DNA of 64,000 nt from a virus: the IMG/VR virus record IMGVR_UViG_3300021226_000189. One strand, given 5' to 3'. Shown here piece after piece: positions 20,078 to 29,975 of the stretch (within the stretch, counting starts at the first letter, position 1; every line of letters begins with the position of its first letter). The notes beneath the pieces are model-generated. The model did no database searches, was not told where the DNA came from, and saw only the letters and a program-made list of their open reading frames with translations. The position numbers and the translations under genes were made by a program.

Positions 20078-20539
20078 ATGAAACTTTTAGGAAAAACAAA
20101 CGGTGAGAAATTCATCGCATCTTTGCATCATTATCATTGTGTTACTCATGGAGATCTGATGATGGATGGCGGTCAACCCCATACCAATTTTTATGGTGGT
20201 TACAATCGCTTTTCAATGGATGGTCAGACTGTATGGTTCGAATTCAACGCTGACTTCGCTGAAATCTACAACAGACACAAAGAAACCAGAGGTATTTGGG
20301 ATGTTAAACAAGGCAAAATCTTATCACCCGAAGAGTATCCAGATGTTAATGATATGAGTGTGAAAGCGGATAATTTCATTTGGGGGACTTCTGGTAAAGA
20401 TGGTAAATCCCCTTTGAAATACGTTCTTCTCAAGAATTGTGAGACCGATCATTTGCAAAATATTCTAGCAAATGTTAAACATATTCAACCAGAAACAAAA
20501 AGAGTAATTGAATACATTTTGAAAAACCGTGAATCATAA
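20078..20539 (+). CDS. Hypothetical protein
   Basis: Motif-N6-ATG upstream. Confidence 0.75.
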   Translation: MKLLGKTNGEKFIASLHHYHCVTHGDLMMDGGQPHTNFYGGYNRFSMDGQTVWFEFNADFAEIYNRHKETRGIWDVKQGKILSPEEYPDVNDMSVKADNFIWGTSGKDGKSPLKYVLLKNCETDHLQNILANVKHIQPETKRVIEYILKNRES

Positions 20540-20765
20540 ATTTTATTATTACAAATACTCTAACGATGGTGGAGAGACTTGGGTTCTTGGACATTATAGT
20601 CGTTATCTGATGGATATCATGAAATTGGTTCGTGAGATTCCATTTTACTATCGTTTTAGAATCTATAATCAAGATGGTGTTGAATTGAATAAAGAAGAGA
20701 TTAAAGAATCCTTTGATAAAATAGATTTGATGGATTCTATATTTGGAAAAGGAGGGTGGTTATGA
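20529..20765 (+). CDS. Hypothetical protein
   Basis: Overlapping packed ORF. Confidence 0.55.
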   Translation: MNHKFYYYKYSNDGGETWVLGHYSRYLMDIMKLVREIPFYYRFRIYNQDGVELNKEEIKESFDKIDLMDSIFGKGGWL

Positions 20766-21001
20766 GAGATCCAATTGCTAAAGAAATTTATAAAAAACAA
20801 TGGGATTTGGTGAAAAAACACGCTCAAGAACGTTCTGAGTTATTGAATGAAGCCTGTAAAAGATGGGCAGCGGAAGAAGCGGAACTGTATCAAGAGTGTC
20901 TAGAAAAGACAGGTCATAAATTTGTCGTCGTTCCTGATAGAAGTAGGAAATTGAACGGTGAATTGAGAGAGTGGTGTGAACACTGTGGGTTATCAAAATG
21001 A
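20756..21001 (+). CDS. Hypothetical protein
   Basis: Overlapping packed ORF. Confidence 0.55.
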   Translation: MVMRDPIAKEIYKKQWDLVKKHAQERSELLNEACKRWAAEEAELYQECLEKTGHKFVVVPDRSRKLNGELREWCEHCGLSK

Positions 21002-21237
21002 AGCGCGATCTAATATCTCCTAATAATGTTGTCCCTTACTTAAGGGACATGGGGTATAACTACTTTTGTAATGAACGTGGTGAACTCGTGTATTTGGGTA
21101 ATTTTGAAACTTTGAGTTTCTTTCATTATCATACGATGAGAGAAAATTGGTATTTTTGGCTTGAGGATGATAAGCTATGGTCGGAAAGTATCTGTGGATT
21201 TATGATCGTGTTTCCTCTTCGAAAATCGATTGCTTAA
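20998..21237 (+). CDS. Hypothetical protein
   Basis: ATGA-coupled; TAA stop is the start of a promoter motif. Confidence 0.6.
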   Translation: MKRDLISPNNVVPYLRDMGYNYFCNERGELVYLGNFETLSFFHYHTMRENWYFWLEDDKLWSESICGFMIVFPLRKSIA

Positions 21238-21331
21238 AAACTAGAATATGCTCAAAGCATGAAAGAACAACACAAACTACCAACATGGCTTGCTATTAGA
21301 ATCGTGGAAACATTAAACAAAAAATAATAAT

Positions 21332-22255
21332 ATGGGACTATCAAATCAAGAAAGATACAAAAAAATCGTATGGGCTATTCATCACATTGAAGACGAACTT
21401 CGTCATCTTCAAAACGATTACCAAACAGAAAGGCTGAAAAAATACGAAGGTAAGCTGTTTCCTGCGCTATTGAATCAAACAGGTGATCCTGGGTTTTGGA
21501 TTTATGGCGACAGCTTTGATAGCGACTCTTTTAATGGCTGCGCTCTGATTTCAACTGCTTTTGAAGCGCACATGGAAGATTTGCGTTTTGAAAAGCAAAA
21601 AAGAAAAGGACAAGATTATGTTTTTGAGCATAAACCTGATGTTTTAGAGAACGCCATTCAAATCGAAAATCTCATCTCGCATTCTGTTGTCAACGGAAGA
21701 GGAGTAGTTAATATTTGGAAGTGGGTTGAATCGTTTCTTTATGCCGCGAATCGGTATGCTGATGAAATGTCTGAAAGCTTAACTCCTGTCAAAAATGTTA
21801 TTTCTAACCTGCAAGGCGATTTGTTTGCTATTATTTCTAAAAATAATCAGTATATGAGCGCATATCTTATGAGCAGAATTCTCAACAAGTGCGTGGATAT
21901 TTATGATGATGAAGACATCCTTGTGAAAACAATTAGAAGCATGTATTTGCATCATAATTTCAATGTCGATGAAAGCACTAATGTTGAAGTTTTGATGGAT
22001 ATGTGGGTAGACATCCAATTCAAATGCAATTCAGACATCGAAACCAATACGAAAATCCTATATACTCTTCGTTGCATGGGGAGGAGAGTAGTTGATAGTA
22101 AAGAAGGGATTTTCAACGCTTTGAAAGATCATGTAGATCACGATTCTTTTGAGGAAGTATTCAAACAACTCACCAAAGAGAAGGAAGAATATGACGAGAA
22201 AAACAAATACGTTCCTCGCGATCATTGTGATTTGACTTGGAGATGGAAATACTAA
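21332..22255 (+). CDS. Hypothetical protein
   Basis: 307 aa ORF. Confidence 0.75.
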   Translation: MGLSNQERYKKIVWAIHHIEDELRHLQNDYQTERLKKYEGKLFPALLNQTGDPGFWIYGDSFDSDSFNGCALISTAFEAHMEDLRFEKQKRKGQDYVFEHKPDVLENAIQIENLISHSVVNGRGVVNIWKWVESFLYAANRYADEMSESLTPVKNVISNLQGDLFAIISKNNQYMSAYLMSRILNKCVDIYDDEDILVKTIRSMYLHHNFNVDESTNVEVLMDMWVDIQFKCNSDIETNTKILYTLRCMGRRVVDSKEGIFNALKDHVDHDSFEEVFKQLTKEKEEYDEKNKYVPRDHCDLTWRWKY

Positions 22256-22256
22256 T

Positions 22257-22511
22257 ATGCAAAAACTAATTTTGCGATACTTTTGGGATGATCAAGGTGC
22301 TTATTGTGGATACGAACATCTACCGTTTGAATACTCTAGTAAAGAGCAAGCTTTTGTTGATTTTTTTACACTCTATGAAAAAGAAGATCCTTTTTGCTTC
22401 CTTGGAGAAAAATTTGAAAAAGGTATGCTGTGTGATTATCCCGAAATTCTGACACTCGACGAGTGGTTTGAAAGCAACAAATTAAACAATAAAAATGAAC
22501 ATCCAATTTAA
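22257..22511 (+). CDS. Hypothetical protein
   Basis: Packed ORF. Confidence 0.6.
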   Translation: MQKLILRYFWDDQGAYCGYEHLPFEYSSKEQAFVDFFTLYEKEDPFCFLGEKFEKGMLCDYPEILTLDEWFESNKLNNKNEHPI

Positions 22512-22836
22512 ATCAACCAAACAAGAACTGCCTAAACACAAGCAGTATATCTTGTATATTAAAAGAGAACAGTCTATGTTTTACAAGGATTCACCATTAC
22601 CGACATTTACTAAATGTGAATGGTCTTGGCATGATGGTGACGGCTCTCAAATATGTCACAATAATAAATATTCAGTTGAAAAGCCACCAGAGGAATATCC
22701 ATTTCTTTTGATTCTTGATGGCGAGGGTTATACTATCTGGACAAACGAAACAAGTAAACATGATCCAGAAATCGAACATTTTTGGTGGATTGATCAAAAA
22801 GAGTTTGATAAAATCTGGGAAAATACTAAACATTAA
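22495..22836 (+). CDS. Hypothetical protein
   Basis: Packed ORF; stop inside motif. Confidence 0.6.
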   Translation: MNIQFKSTKQELPKHKQYILYIKREQSMFYKDSPLPTFTKCEWSWHDGDGSQICHNNKYSVEKPPEEYPFLLILDGEGYTIWTNETSKHDPEIEHFWWIDQKEFDKIWENTKH

Positions 22837-22858
22837 AAAACTAGACTACACTGAGCTT

Positions 22859-23293
22859 ATGAAAATTCAAATCTCAACAGAAGAGAGGCAAAAAATCCTT
22901 AGCTTTAAAATTGATTATAAACGAAAACTTGATCATGGAGAAGTCGATCCTCTTAGTAGCTCGATTAAGGTGAAGGATTTTGTTCTGGATTTTTTGAAAA
23001 ATCGCGGAATCAAAAGACCCAAAGTTTATGAGCAAGCGATTTATGCTTTTGAAAGCGTTGGAATGCATACTGATAATATCTCCCCAAAATCAGCAATGAC
23101 GCTCTGTTTAATGATTTCGGGAAGTGGTAAGCTTTTTGCATGGGATGGTAAAAAAGTGGATGGATGTTGGTTGAACAAAGGAGAAGGTGCTATTTTTGAT
23201 TTCAACCTCCCCCATTCATTCGAAACGAATAAAAAATGCCAAGCATTTCTAATTGACATTCCTAAAAAATATAAAAAAATATTTTACAATTAA
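22859..23293 (+). CDS. Cupin/2OG-Fe(II)-oxygenase-like protein
   Basis: GMHTD...FDFNLPHSF gives HxD..H; start moved to motif-N6-ATG. Confidence 0.5.
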   Translation: MKIQISTEERQKILSFKIDYKRKLDHGEVDPLSSSIKVKDFVLDFLKNRGIKRPKVYEQAIYAFESVGMHTDNISPKSAMTLCLMISGSGKLFAWDGKKVDGCWLNKGEGAIFDFNLPHSFETNKKCQAFLIDIPKKYKKIFYN

Positions 23294-23302
23294 TTATTTG
23301 AC

Positions 23303-23392
23303 ATGAAACTCCCAAGTACAGAAGAATTTAACTTCAAAGATTGCACCATCGCTGGCGATGAGTGCTGGCTTATCATGCGATTCATTTTTTAA
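23303..23392 (+). pseudogene. Stranded N-terminal fragment resembling the start of the RNA ligase gene at 24060
   Basis: LPSTEEFNFKDCTIAGDECWLI aligns by eye with LPEGFVAKRRTMFGKNMVLI; breaks off just before the GIY-YIG gene end. Confidence 0.5.
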
Positions 23393-24020
23393 ATTCCCAT
23401 CTAAAACCAAAAGCGGTTTTCATCCGAATCCCCTTAATTGCCTTTGATATATCACCAGTTCTATTTTTACCATTACTCAAAAAATTAGTAGCATCTTTTA
23501 TGGAATCCCATTCTGCAATAATTTCGTCGTTCGCAGGGTTTATTTGTAATATTGGTTTTTTAGTCTTTTTTCTTATTTTTTCTATTGATTCTTGTGATAT
23601 TTTTCTACCTTTGAAAATTTTAGATAACTTTTCTCTTGTTTTGGAGCTTACGACTTTTCCCCTATGGGTATCACCTATTTTTTTCTTGGATTCTTCTGTG
23701 TGTTTCATACCAGTCAAATCCAGCCCCCTTTTACAAACATTGTATCCGCTCGGAACTAGAGAATTAAATTTGATTATTAACTGCTCTTCTAAATTTAATA
23801 GATCAATTTTTTTAAAATTTGGTAAATATTCGACATAAACTTCAAAATTTTCATCCCCGTAACGATCCAAAGCTTTACCTATTACTTGATATCTCTCTTT
23901 TTTATAGCGGCGCAACCTTTTTTTAATACTTACAGATTCACCTACATAATATTTACCATTTACTAAGCATTTTATAACGTATATCCCAGGCACGTCTTCG
24001 AATTTATCAAATATCTTCAT
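23382..24020 (-). CDS. GIY-YIG homing endonuclease with NUMOD3/NUMOD1-type repeats
   Basis: PGIYVIKCLVNGKYYVGES, GYN, KHTEESKKKI; TAAATA 6 nt upstream. Confidence 0.9.
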   Translation of the reverse strand: MKIFDKFEDVPGIYVIKCLVNGKYYVGESVSIKKRLRRYKKERYQVIGKALDRYGDENFEVYVEYLPNFKKIDLLNLEEQLIIKFNSLVPSGYNVCKRGLDLTGMKHTEESKKKIGDTHRGKVVSSKTREKLSKIFKGRKISQESIEKIRKKTKKPILQINPANDEIIAEWDSIKDATNFLSNGKNRTGDISKAIKGIRMKTAFGFRWEFKK

Positions 24021-24059
24021 AAATATTATTTACACTTTTATCATAAAACTTCAATTAGA

Positions 24060-25157
24060 ATGAAAAATACTTTAAATTTTTATAGAAATCTTCCAGAAGG
24101 GTTTGTAGCGAAGAGGAGAACCATGTTCGGCAAGAATATGGTGCTAATCACCCCTACGGATATTAAGACAAAATGGTGCGAAAAAACTGAATTTTTTCGC
24201 AGTTGTCTATTTGACGAGGACACTGGTAAAATTTATAGCTTAGGTTTCAAAAAATTTAAAAATTGGGGCGAAGACCCAGAATTTCAACCGTGGGATCATT
24301 CTTGGGAGTTTGAGGCTCGTTACAAAGTAGATGGGTCACTGCTTTGTATATCAAAAATTGATGGTAATATCTTGATGCGAACAAGGGGTGTGTTTGACGC
24401 GAGAGAACATGAGACTGGTGACGAATTGGACGGATTTATTGAAAAGTATCCGCTTCTTTACGAAAACGAATTTATTAATTCTGAAAATTATACCATTTTA
24501 TGCGAACACACAACTCCGAAAAGAATTATCGTTTTGCGTGAAAGCGATGAACCAAAATTGACTCTTTTGGGCATTATTTGTCATAAGACAGGGCAATATG
24601 TCTCACAATGCGTTTTGGATGGTTTTGCGCAGCGAATTGGAATTGATCGACCTCAAAAATATATTTATAAAAATATCGCAGATTGTATTGCCGATGTTGA
24701 AGCGTGGAGAGGGAAGGAGGGGGTTGTTGCTTACTCTCCTGACGGTCAGACATTGAAAAAATTTAAAAGTAGTCATTATCTTTCACTCCATAAATTATCG
24801 TTTGGTTTGAGAGGGTTGGACAATGTTTTAGATTTGTTTGTCGAGTCTCCAAGATTTTTGGATTATCAAGATTTTTATAATTATGTGTTGGAGTCTCTGG
24901 ACTTCGAAATAGCAGAAAAAATTAAAGATGAAGCGCGTCAAATCACCGATGCTTATGCAAAATTTGTGAAAGGTGTTGAGAAAATGCGTGAACGGATGGA
25001 GTTCATTCGTAATTATGCTACTCGAAAAGAGCAAGCTGCGGCGATTCAAGAAGAGTTCACGGGATGGAAAACGTCGATTGCGTTCCTACTTCTTGACAAT
25101 CGAGAAATTGATGATAAAGTCGTGCGTAAGGCAATGGAGAAAATATTAGAATTATGA
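24060..25157 (+). CDS. RNA ligase, T4 Rnl1-like
   Basis: SLGFKKFKNWGE, motif I KVDGSL, RTRG, EGVV..K.KS..Y. Confidence 0.8.
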   Translation: MKNTLNFYRNLPEGFVAKRRTMFGKNMVLITPTDIKTKWCEKTEFFRSCLFDEDTGKIYSLGFKKFKNWGEDPEFQPWDHSWEFEARYKVDGSLLCISKIDGNILMRTRGVFDAREHETGDELDGFIEKYPLLYENEFINSENYTILCEHTTPKRIIVLRESDEPKLTLLGIICHKTGQYVSQCVLDGFAQRIGIDRPQKYIYKNIADCIADVEAWRGKEGVVAYSPDGQTLKKFKSSHYLSLHKLSFGLRGLDNVLDLFVESPRFLDYQDFYNYVLESLDFEIAEKIKDEARQITDAYAKFVKGVEKMRERMEFIRNYATRKEQAAAIQEEFTGWKTSIAFLLLDNREIDDKVVRKAMEKILEL

Positions 25158-25900
25158 TACTCATTAACAGTTATTTCGAAAACGAGCGAGAGCTTTGGGG
25201 TGAACATATCTTTTGTGAAGACTTGTGCCGCGATGAAGATATTCGGCGTAATGGTTTCACACCTATTGTAGCGCGAGGAAGCATTGCTTTCGACAATAGC
25301 GTAAAGTTTGCACTCAAGACTCTTGGACTGCCTGATTTGCGCTTTCCATTCAATAATGACCCACGATTCTATAATTACAGCCATTGGAAATCCCTGCCTG
25401 ATTTGTTAAACGCTGATTGTTGGTTCGATACATGGGGAGAAGTATCTGAATCTTTGGAGCATCGTGACAAGCTATGGATTCGCAGTGCTAGTGGTAATAA
25501 AAACTTTACTGGTGGCGTTTTCACGCGCAGTGAATTCATGAACGAAGTCGAATATTTAAAACAAATAAATAGCGACGATATTATGTTTGTGGTTGCTCAC
25601 CCAAAAACAATCAACCGCGAGTATCGCTTTGTGTTTGTTGGCGGCAAAGTAATCAGCAGCAGTCTTTACATGGAGAATGGTAATCCTAAACAAGGAGAAC
25701 ATGCACCTGATGATCTTGTTAAATTCGCGCAGAAATGGTTCGACAGTCAATGTCTTTTACCGAAACATGTGGTAGTGGACATTACCGACGATCAGAAGAT
25801 TATTGAAATCAATAATATCTTCACAAGCGGATGGTATAGTTGCGATCTGGAGAAAATTATCGCGGCAGTGAAGAAAGAGCTTGACATCCTTAAAAAATAG
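25154..25900 (+). CDS. ATP-grasp domain protein
   Basis: LWIRS.SGNK.FTG, INREYRFVFV, VVDI..KIIEINNIFTSGWY. Confidence 0.7.
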   Translation: MILINSYFENERELWGEHIFCEDLCRDEDIRRNGFTPIVARGSIAFDNSVKFALKTLGLPDLRFPFNNDPRFYNYSHWKSLPDLLNADCWFDTWGEVSESLEHRDKLWIRSASGNKNFTGGVFTRSEFMNEVEYLKQINSDDIMFVVAHPKTINREYRFVFVGGKVISSSLYMENGNPKQGEHAPDDLVKFAQKWFDSQCLLPKHVVVDITDDQKIIEINNIFTSGWYSCDLEKIIAAVKKELDILKK

Positions 25901-25915
25901 AATACACTGAAAAAC

Positions 25916-26719
25916 ATGGAAGTTAAATACACAACAGATGGAAAAAAAGTATCGGTAGTTGGCAAACTTAATAACACGGAAACAATTGTTCAGGAAATTT
26001 TTGTAACTGCGAATGGTGCTGAAATCCCAAGTGGAGAAAATTTTGTCGTTAAAGGTCTTCACGATCAACCAGTAGAAAGTTGGAAAGAGAAGCAATTGCG
26101 GGAACTAGAAGCTCGCTACTATCGTGAAAAAAATGAATGGGAAGGAAAAATCACGAATCAAAAAAGAAAACTTGAAAATGCGGTCGCTAAAGCTTCCTTA
26201 AAAGTAGATTCTCTTTTATATTTTGTCAATAATTCAAATGAATCACAACTCAAAACACTTAAATTGATGTTGAGTGGTAAAATCAATTATTTTTTCATCG
26301 ACGACACTTGGAATCCACGAATTTCCACTTGGGATGATGAAATGTATACGTCAGATGGTTATGATGATGGTAAAGTCAGAAATCTCAAATTATTGGTAGT
26401 CGCAGGGGCATCGAATGGTGATTTGCAATACGGTATTTCGCAATATTCTGATGGTTCTGGTAGTAAGAGCCGAGTCTATCCATTTGAAACGCGAGAAGAA
26501 GCCTTAGCGCATGCTCAAAAAGTTTTTGATGATATTTGTGAAGAATATTTAAATTGTAAAAATGTCACTACAATACATTATTGGCTTAAAAAACCAATTA
26601 AAGATTTGGTTATCCCTGATAAAGTTTGGGAAAAATATAAACAATCGCTAGAAGAAGAAAAGAACAAGCGAATCAAGAATCTCGAAGAGCAGATCGAGAA
26701 AATTCGCAACGAAGCTTAA
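25916..26719 (+). CDS. Hypothetical protein
   Basis: 267 aa; motif variant upstream. Confidence 0.75.
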   Translation: MEVKYTTDGKKVSVVGKLNNTETIVQEIFVTANGAEIPSGENFVVKGLHDQPVESWKEKQLRELEARYYREKNEWEGKITNQKRKLENAVAKASLKVDSLLYFVNNSNESQLKTLKLMLSGKINYFFIDDTWNPRISTWDDEMYTSDGYDDGKVRNLKLLVVAGASNGDLQYGISQYSDGSGSKSRVYPFETREEALAHAQKVFDDICEEYLNCKNVTTIHYWLKKPIKDLVIPDKVWEKYKQSLEEEKNKRIKNLEEQIEKIRNEA

Positions 26720-26792
26720 AAATTAGAGTGTATTCCCCGCGCAGCAGACGAAATTGAGAAGTTGAGAGAGGAAAACAAAAAATTGAAAAACT

Positions 26793-27116
26793 ATGAAATG
26801 TGAATCCGATAAATTACGTCCATCAGAAACTTTTTGGGATGGTAAATTATTTCAGTATCGCGAATTGAATGGCGAATATCAAATATATAGCCGAGGTCTT
26901 GAGCATATAGCTATGGTATCAAACGAGTCAATGGCAGAATTTATTACTAACTTACTAGAAGAACATTTTAAAAACGCAGTGATTGAAATCGCTGGAGGGG
27001 AAAACCAAGTAGAAGACTTCAAATTCTTCGCACCTGATATGAAAAATCCCGACGAGCTATTAAAAGCTGCAACACAAATGTTAAATGGAGAAGGAAAGGA
27101 ATTAAGAAAATGTTAA
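26793..27116 (+). CDS. Hypothetical protein
   Basis: Packed ORF. Confidence 0.6.
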   Translation: MKCESDKLRPSETFWDGKLFQYRELNGEYQIYSRGLEHIAMVSNESMAEFITNLLEEHFKNAVIEIAGGENQVEDFKFFAPDMKNPDELLKAATQMLNGEGKELRKC

Positions 27117-27547
27117 ACAATATTAAACAAGATACAATTCAAGCAATGCGTGACAAATCTCAAGTAGATTTGGGAGTGTTGCGTATGTTGCAAAGTGCAA
27201 TCACTAACGCTCAAATTGCTAAAAAAGGCGAACTGAGTGATGCAGAGATTATCAATCTAATCCGCAAACAGATTGCACAAAGACAAGACAGTGTTGATCA
27301 ATTTCGATCTGGCGGTCGAGAAGAACTCGCTGATAAAGAACTAGCTGAAATCAGTGTTTTGCAACGCTATCTACCTATTGAATGGTCGAATGCCGAATTG
27401 GAACAAAATGTGCAATTAGTTATTGACAATTTAGGTGCGTCGAGTAAAAAGGACATGGGTCGAGTGATTAAAGCAGTTGTTGAAGCTGCCAATGGTCAAT
27501 GCGATAACAAGAGAATTTCCCAAGCAGTGGGAGCAAAATTGAATTGA
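27110..27547 (+). CDS. GatB/YqeY domain protein
   Basis: LRML.SAI.N..I.K, Q..DSVDQF..GGR.ELADKE..E...L..YLP, KDMG.V. Confidence 0.88.
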   Translation: MLNNIKQDTIQAMRDKSQVDLGVLRMLQSAITNAQIAKKGELSDAEIINLIRKQIAQRQDSVDQFRSGGREELADKELAEISVLQRYLPIEWSNAELEQNVQLVIDNLGASSKKDMGRVIKAVVEAANGQCDNKRISQAVGAKLN

Positions 27548-27548
27548 T

Positions 27549-27821
27549 ATGAACTCAAAAGTAACAGTAAAAAAAGAATCAAAAGTAACCATCACCATCA
27601 ACGGTAAGGATTACGTATACACTGAAGAAGAGGCTCGCGATTTATACGAAGGATTGTCGAACATTTTTGCAACAGATAAATCACCAAGTCCATTGGAGGA
27701 ATTACAAAAGTATATTGACCAATATCGAGAAACCGATAACCAAAAATATAAAAAACATTATGGTGATTGGTGGGATATTCAACCTAATCCACCTTGGAAA
27801 CAGCCAGGTATTTGGTGTTAA
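27549..27821 (+). CDS. Hypothetical protein
   Basis: Packed ORF. Confidence 0.6.
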   Translation: MNSKVTVKKESKVTITINGKDYVYTEEEARDLYEGLSNIFATDKSPSPLEELQKYIDQYRETDNQKYKKHYGDWWDIQPNPPWKQPGIWC

Positions 27822-27827
27822 AAAATT

Positions 27828-28070
27828 ATGAAAAAAATACTAGCAACATCGGCGAGTTGTGGTCCCTGCCACATGCTCAAAGCAAAAATTGAAAAAATGG
27901 GTCTTACTGTTGATATTAAAAGCTACAATGATCCAGAAAACATTTCATGGTTTCGAGAGCATGGTATCAGAAGTGTCCCATGTCTTGTGATTGAGAAAGA
28001 TGATCACCCCCCTGAATACGTTCAAGGAATTGATGATATTATCAAAAAAATTCAAGAAGATGACACTTGA
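27828..28070 (+). CDS. Glutaredoxin/thioredoxin-like protein
   Basis: CGPC active site and IRSVP.L. Confidence 0.85.
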   Translation: MKKILATSASCGPCHMLKAKIEKMGLTVDIKSYNDPENISWFREHGIRSVPCLVIEKDDHPPEYVQGIDDIIKKIQEDDT

Positions 28071-28392
28071 TATTGACATACAATCTTTGTCACAAAAAGT
28101 AACTAAATCATGTCCAAATCATTTTTTTATCAGAGTGAAGACATGTTACTATAGTAGTAACAAAGGTATCCATTCGAGAAAGGACATCACCATTCTGAAA
28201 AGAAAAAGTAATCCAATGCAGGTTGATTTTTTCTTTGAAGATGTTAATATGTTTGGAGTGGAATATAAATTCCCATTCAAAGAATTCTTTGATTTGGAAG
28301 ATGGTGAATATCGTGTTAAAATTAGAACTTTCGGTCGGTCGTCATATTACGATGATGATTTTGATTGTGAATATGTGATTGAAAAAGTATGA
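28060..28392 (+). CDS. Hypothetical protein
   Basis: ORF track 27991-28392; internal ATG preferred. Confidence 0.55.
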   Translation: MTLDIDIQSLSQKVTKSCPNHFFIRVKTCYYSSNKGIHSRKDITILKRKSNPMQVDFFFEDVNMFGVEYKFPFKEFFDLEDGEYRVKIRTFGRSSYYDDDFDCEYVIEKV

Positions 28393-29039
28393 ATAAAATT
28401 ATTAAACATAAATGGGAAGATCGAAACAAAATCTTCTTTTCAAGCGATTGGCATAATTTCCATGATCCAAAATGGCCAACTCCCATTTGGCAGATGCGTG
28501 GTTATTCATCACCTCAAGAATCTTTGAATGATGTGGTGAGTAAAATCAATGCCAGAGTCAAAGAAGATGATTATTTGTATTATTGTGGTGATGGTTTTCT
28601 GAATGCTACAGATGAACAAGTCTTGGAATGGTTCACACGAATCAATTGTAAGAATATTAATTATCTCTTCGGAAATCACGAATCCAATATGTATCGTATC
28701 TATCGACAAGCTGTATCGTGGAAGTATAATGATCCCGATATTGAGGTTTATCCTATGAGAGTGGATAATGTGGTTTTCTTGGGTAATTATCAAGAACTCC
28801 AAGTTGGGAAGAAGAGCATTATTCTTCAACATTTCCCGATTCACTCTTGGAATCACATGCGTCACTCATCGTGGATGATCAGTGGACACCAACACAATAG
28901 CGACAAAACGAGAAATCCTGAACATCAACTCGGTAAGATGTTGGATGTCTCATGGGACTATAAAAAAGATGTGTGGTCTTGGGAAGAAGTCGAGGATGTG
29001 ATGTCTACGAAAGATATCTTAACAGTTGATCATCATTGA
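28389..29039 (+). CDS. Calcineurin-like metallophosphoesterase
   Basis: SDWH, GD, GNHES, HFP, GHQH motifs. Confidence 0.85.
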   Translation: MNKIIKHKWEDRNKIFFSSDWHNFHDPKWPTPIWQMRGYSSPQESLNDVVSKINARVKEDDYLYYCGDGFLNATDEQVLEWFTRINCKNINYLFGNHESNMYRIYRQAVSWKYNDPDIEVYPMRVDNVVFLGNYQELQVGKKSIILQHFPIHSWNHMRHSSWMISGHQHNSDKTRNPEHQLGKMLDVSWDYKKDVWSWEEVEDVMSTKDILTVDHH

Positions 29040-29079
29040 TGATTGACAAATAAAAAACAGTGATAATATAAAAAAGATT

Positions 29080-29334
29080 ATGGAAAACAACAAAACAACA
29101 AAAACAGTGAAAAACAACCGTAAGAATAAACAGTGGCTACGCAGCCGAGATCAACGCAAACATCCGAAACTTTTTTCGGTGGATATGGTGCAACTCAAAG
29201 ATGGTTCTTTCCATATTTTGGGTGGCGGTGCGAAAGTCGCGGTTAAACGCAACCAACACATTGCTGAATGGGCGAACGTTGATGTTCGGGATTTGGCGAC
29301 TGAAATTAGGATGAATGGCATTCGTTCATTCTAA
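29080..29334 (+). CDS. Hypothetical basic protein
   Basis: 84 aa; followed by terminator. Confidence 0.7.
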   Translation: MENNKTTKTVKNNRKNKQWLRSRDQRKHPKLFSVDMVQLKDGSFHILGGGAKVAVKRNQHIAEWANVDVRDLATEIRMNGIRSF

Positions 29335-29342
29335 TCCTACTG

Positions 29343-29375
29343 AAGATGCCCCTGAAATATGGGGCATCTTTTATT
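29343..29375 (+). terminator. Intrinsic terminator
   Basis: AAGATGCCCC-8 nt-GGGGCATCTT then TTATT. Confidence 0.8.
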
Positions 29376-29400
29376 AAAAAACTAGAATACAATTGCTACC

Positions 29401-29697
29401 ATGACAGAAGAAACATTAACATACTTACGCAAAGCCAAAGTATCGGAAAAGGAAATTGCTCGGTTACAATTTGAAGAGTTGTATGATCACTCCATGCAAA
29501 TTTTGCGCGATGTTTTGCAATGCTTAGGTAATAAAAAATACAACGATATTAAAAAAATGACATTCTTTTCTCCTGCTGGAGATGGATATGGTTTAGATAA
29601 TAGCTGTCTAAATTTTGGAACAATTGAAGAACCTATTGATATCTTTGAAATGGTTGAGACGCTACAAAATTTTGAAAAAATAATGAAACAAAAATAA
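29401..29697 (+). CDS. Hypothetical protein
   Basis: Motif upstream. Confidence 0.7.
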   Translation: MTEETLTYLRKAKVSEKEIARLQFEELYDHSMQILRDVLQCLGNKKYNDIKKMTFFSPAGDGYGLDNSCLNFGTIEEPIDIFEMVETLQNFEKIMKQK

Positions 29698-29704
29698 TAA
29701 ACAT

Positions 29705-29923
29705 ATGGAAATTGAAATTGGAGAAAATTTATCGTGGACATTACGAATTCTGACGATTGCAACTGCAATAGCTTTTATTGCTATCAAAGGATGTGTAGTA
29801 AGCGAAGAGAATAGACGCGAAACCGTAATCAAAGCAATGGAAAATGGGTATATCGAACAACCGAGTATAACACCAAGTAATATCGCAAATGGTAAAATTT
29901 GGGTGAAACCAGACAAACATTAA
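29705..29923 (+). CDS. Small membrane protein
   Basis: One hydrophobic segment. Confidence 0.6.
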   Translation: MEIEIGENLSWTLRILTIATAIAFIAIKGCVVSEENRRETVIKAMENGYIEQPSITPSNIANGKIWVKPDKH

Positions 29924-29975
29924 CTTGATTTATGACTAATATGTAAGAAATTAAAAACTAGAGTATACTCTACTC

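Noticed and set aside
29043-29072. Canonical sigma70 promoter TTGACA..TAATAT
   Set aside because: Spacer of 15 nt is off-consensus in very AT-rich DNA; not enough to call
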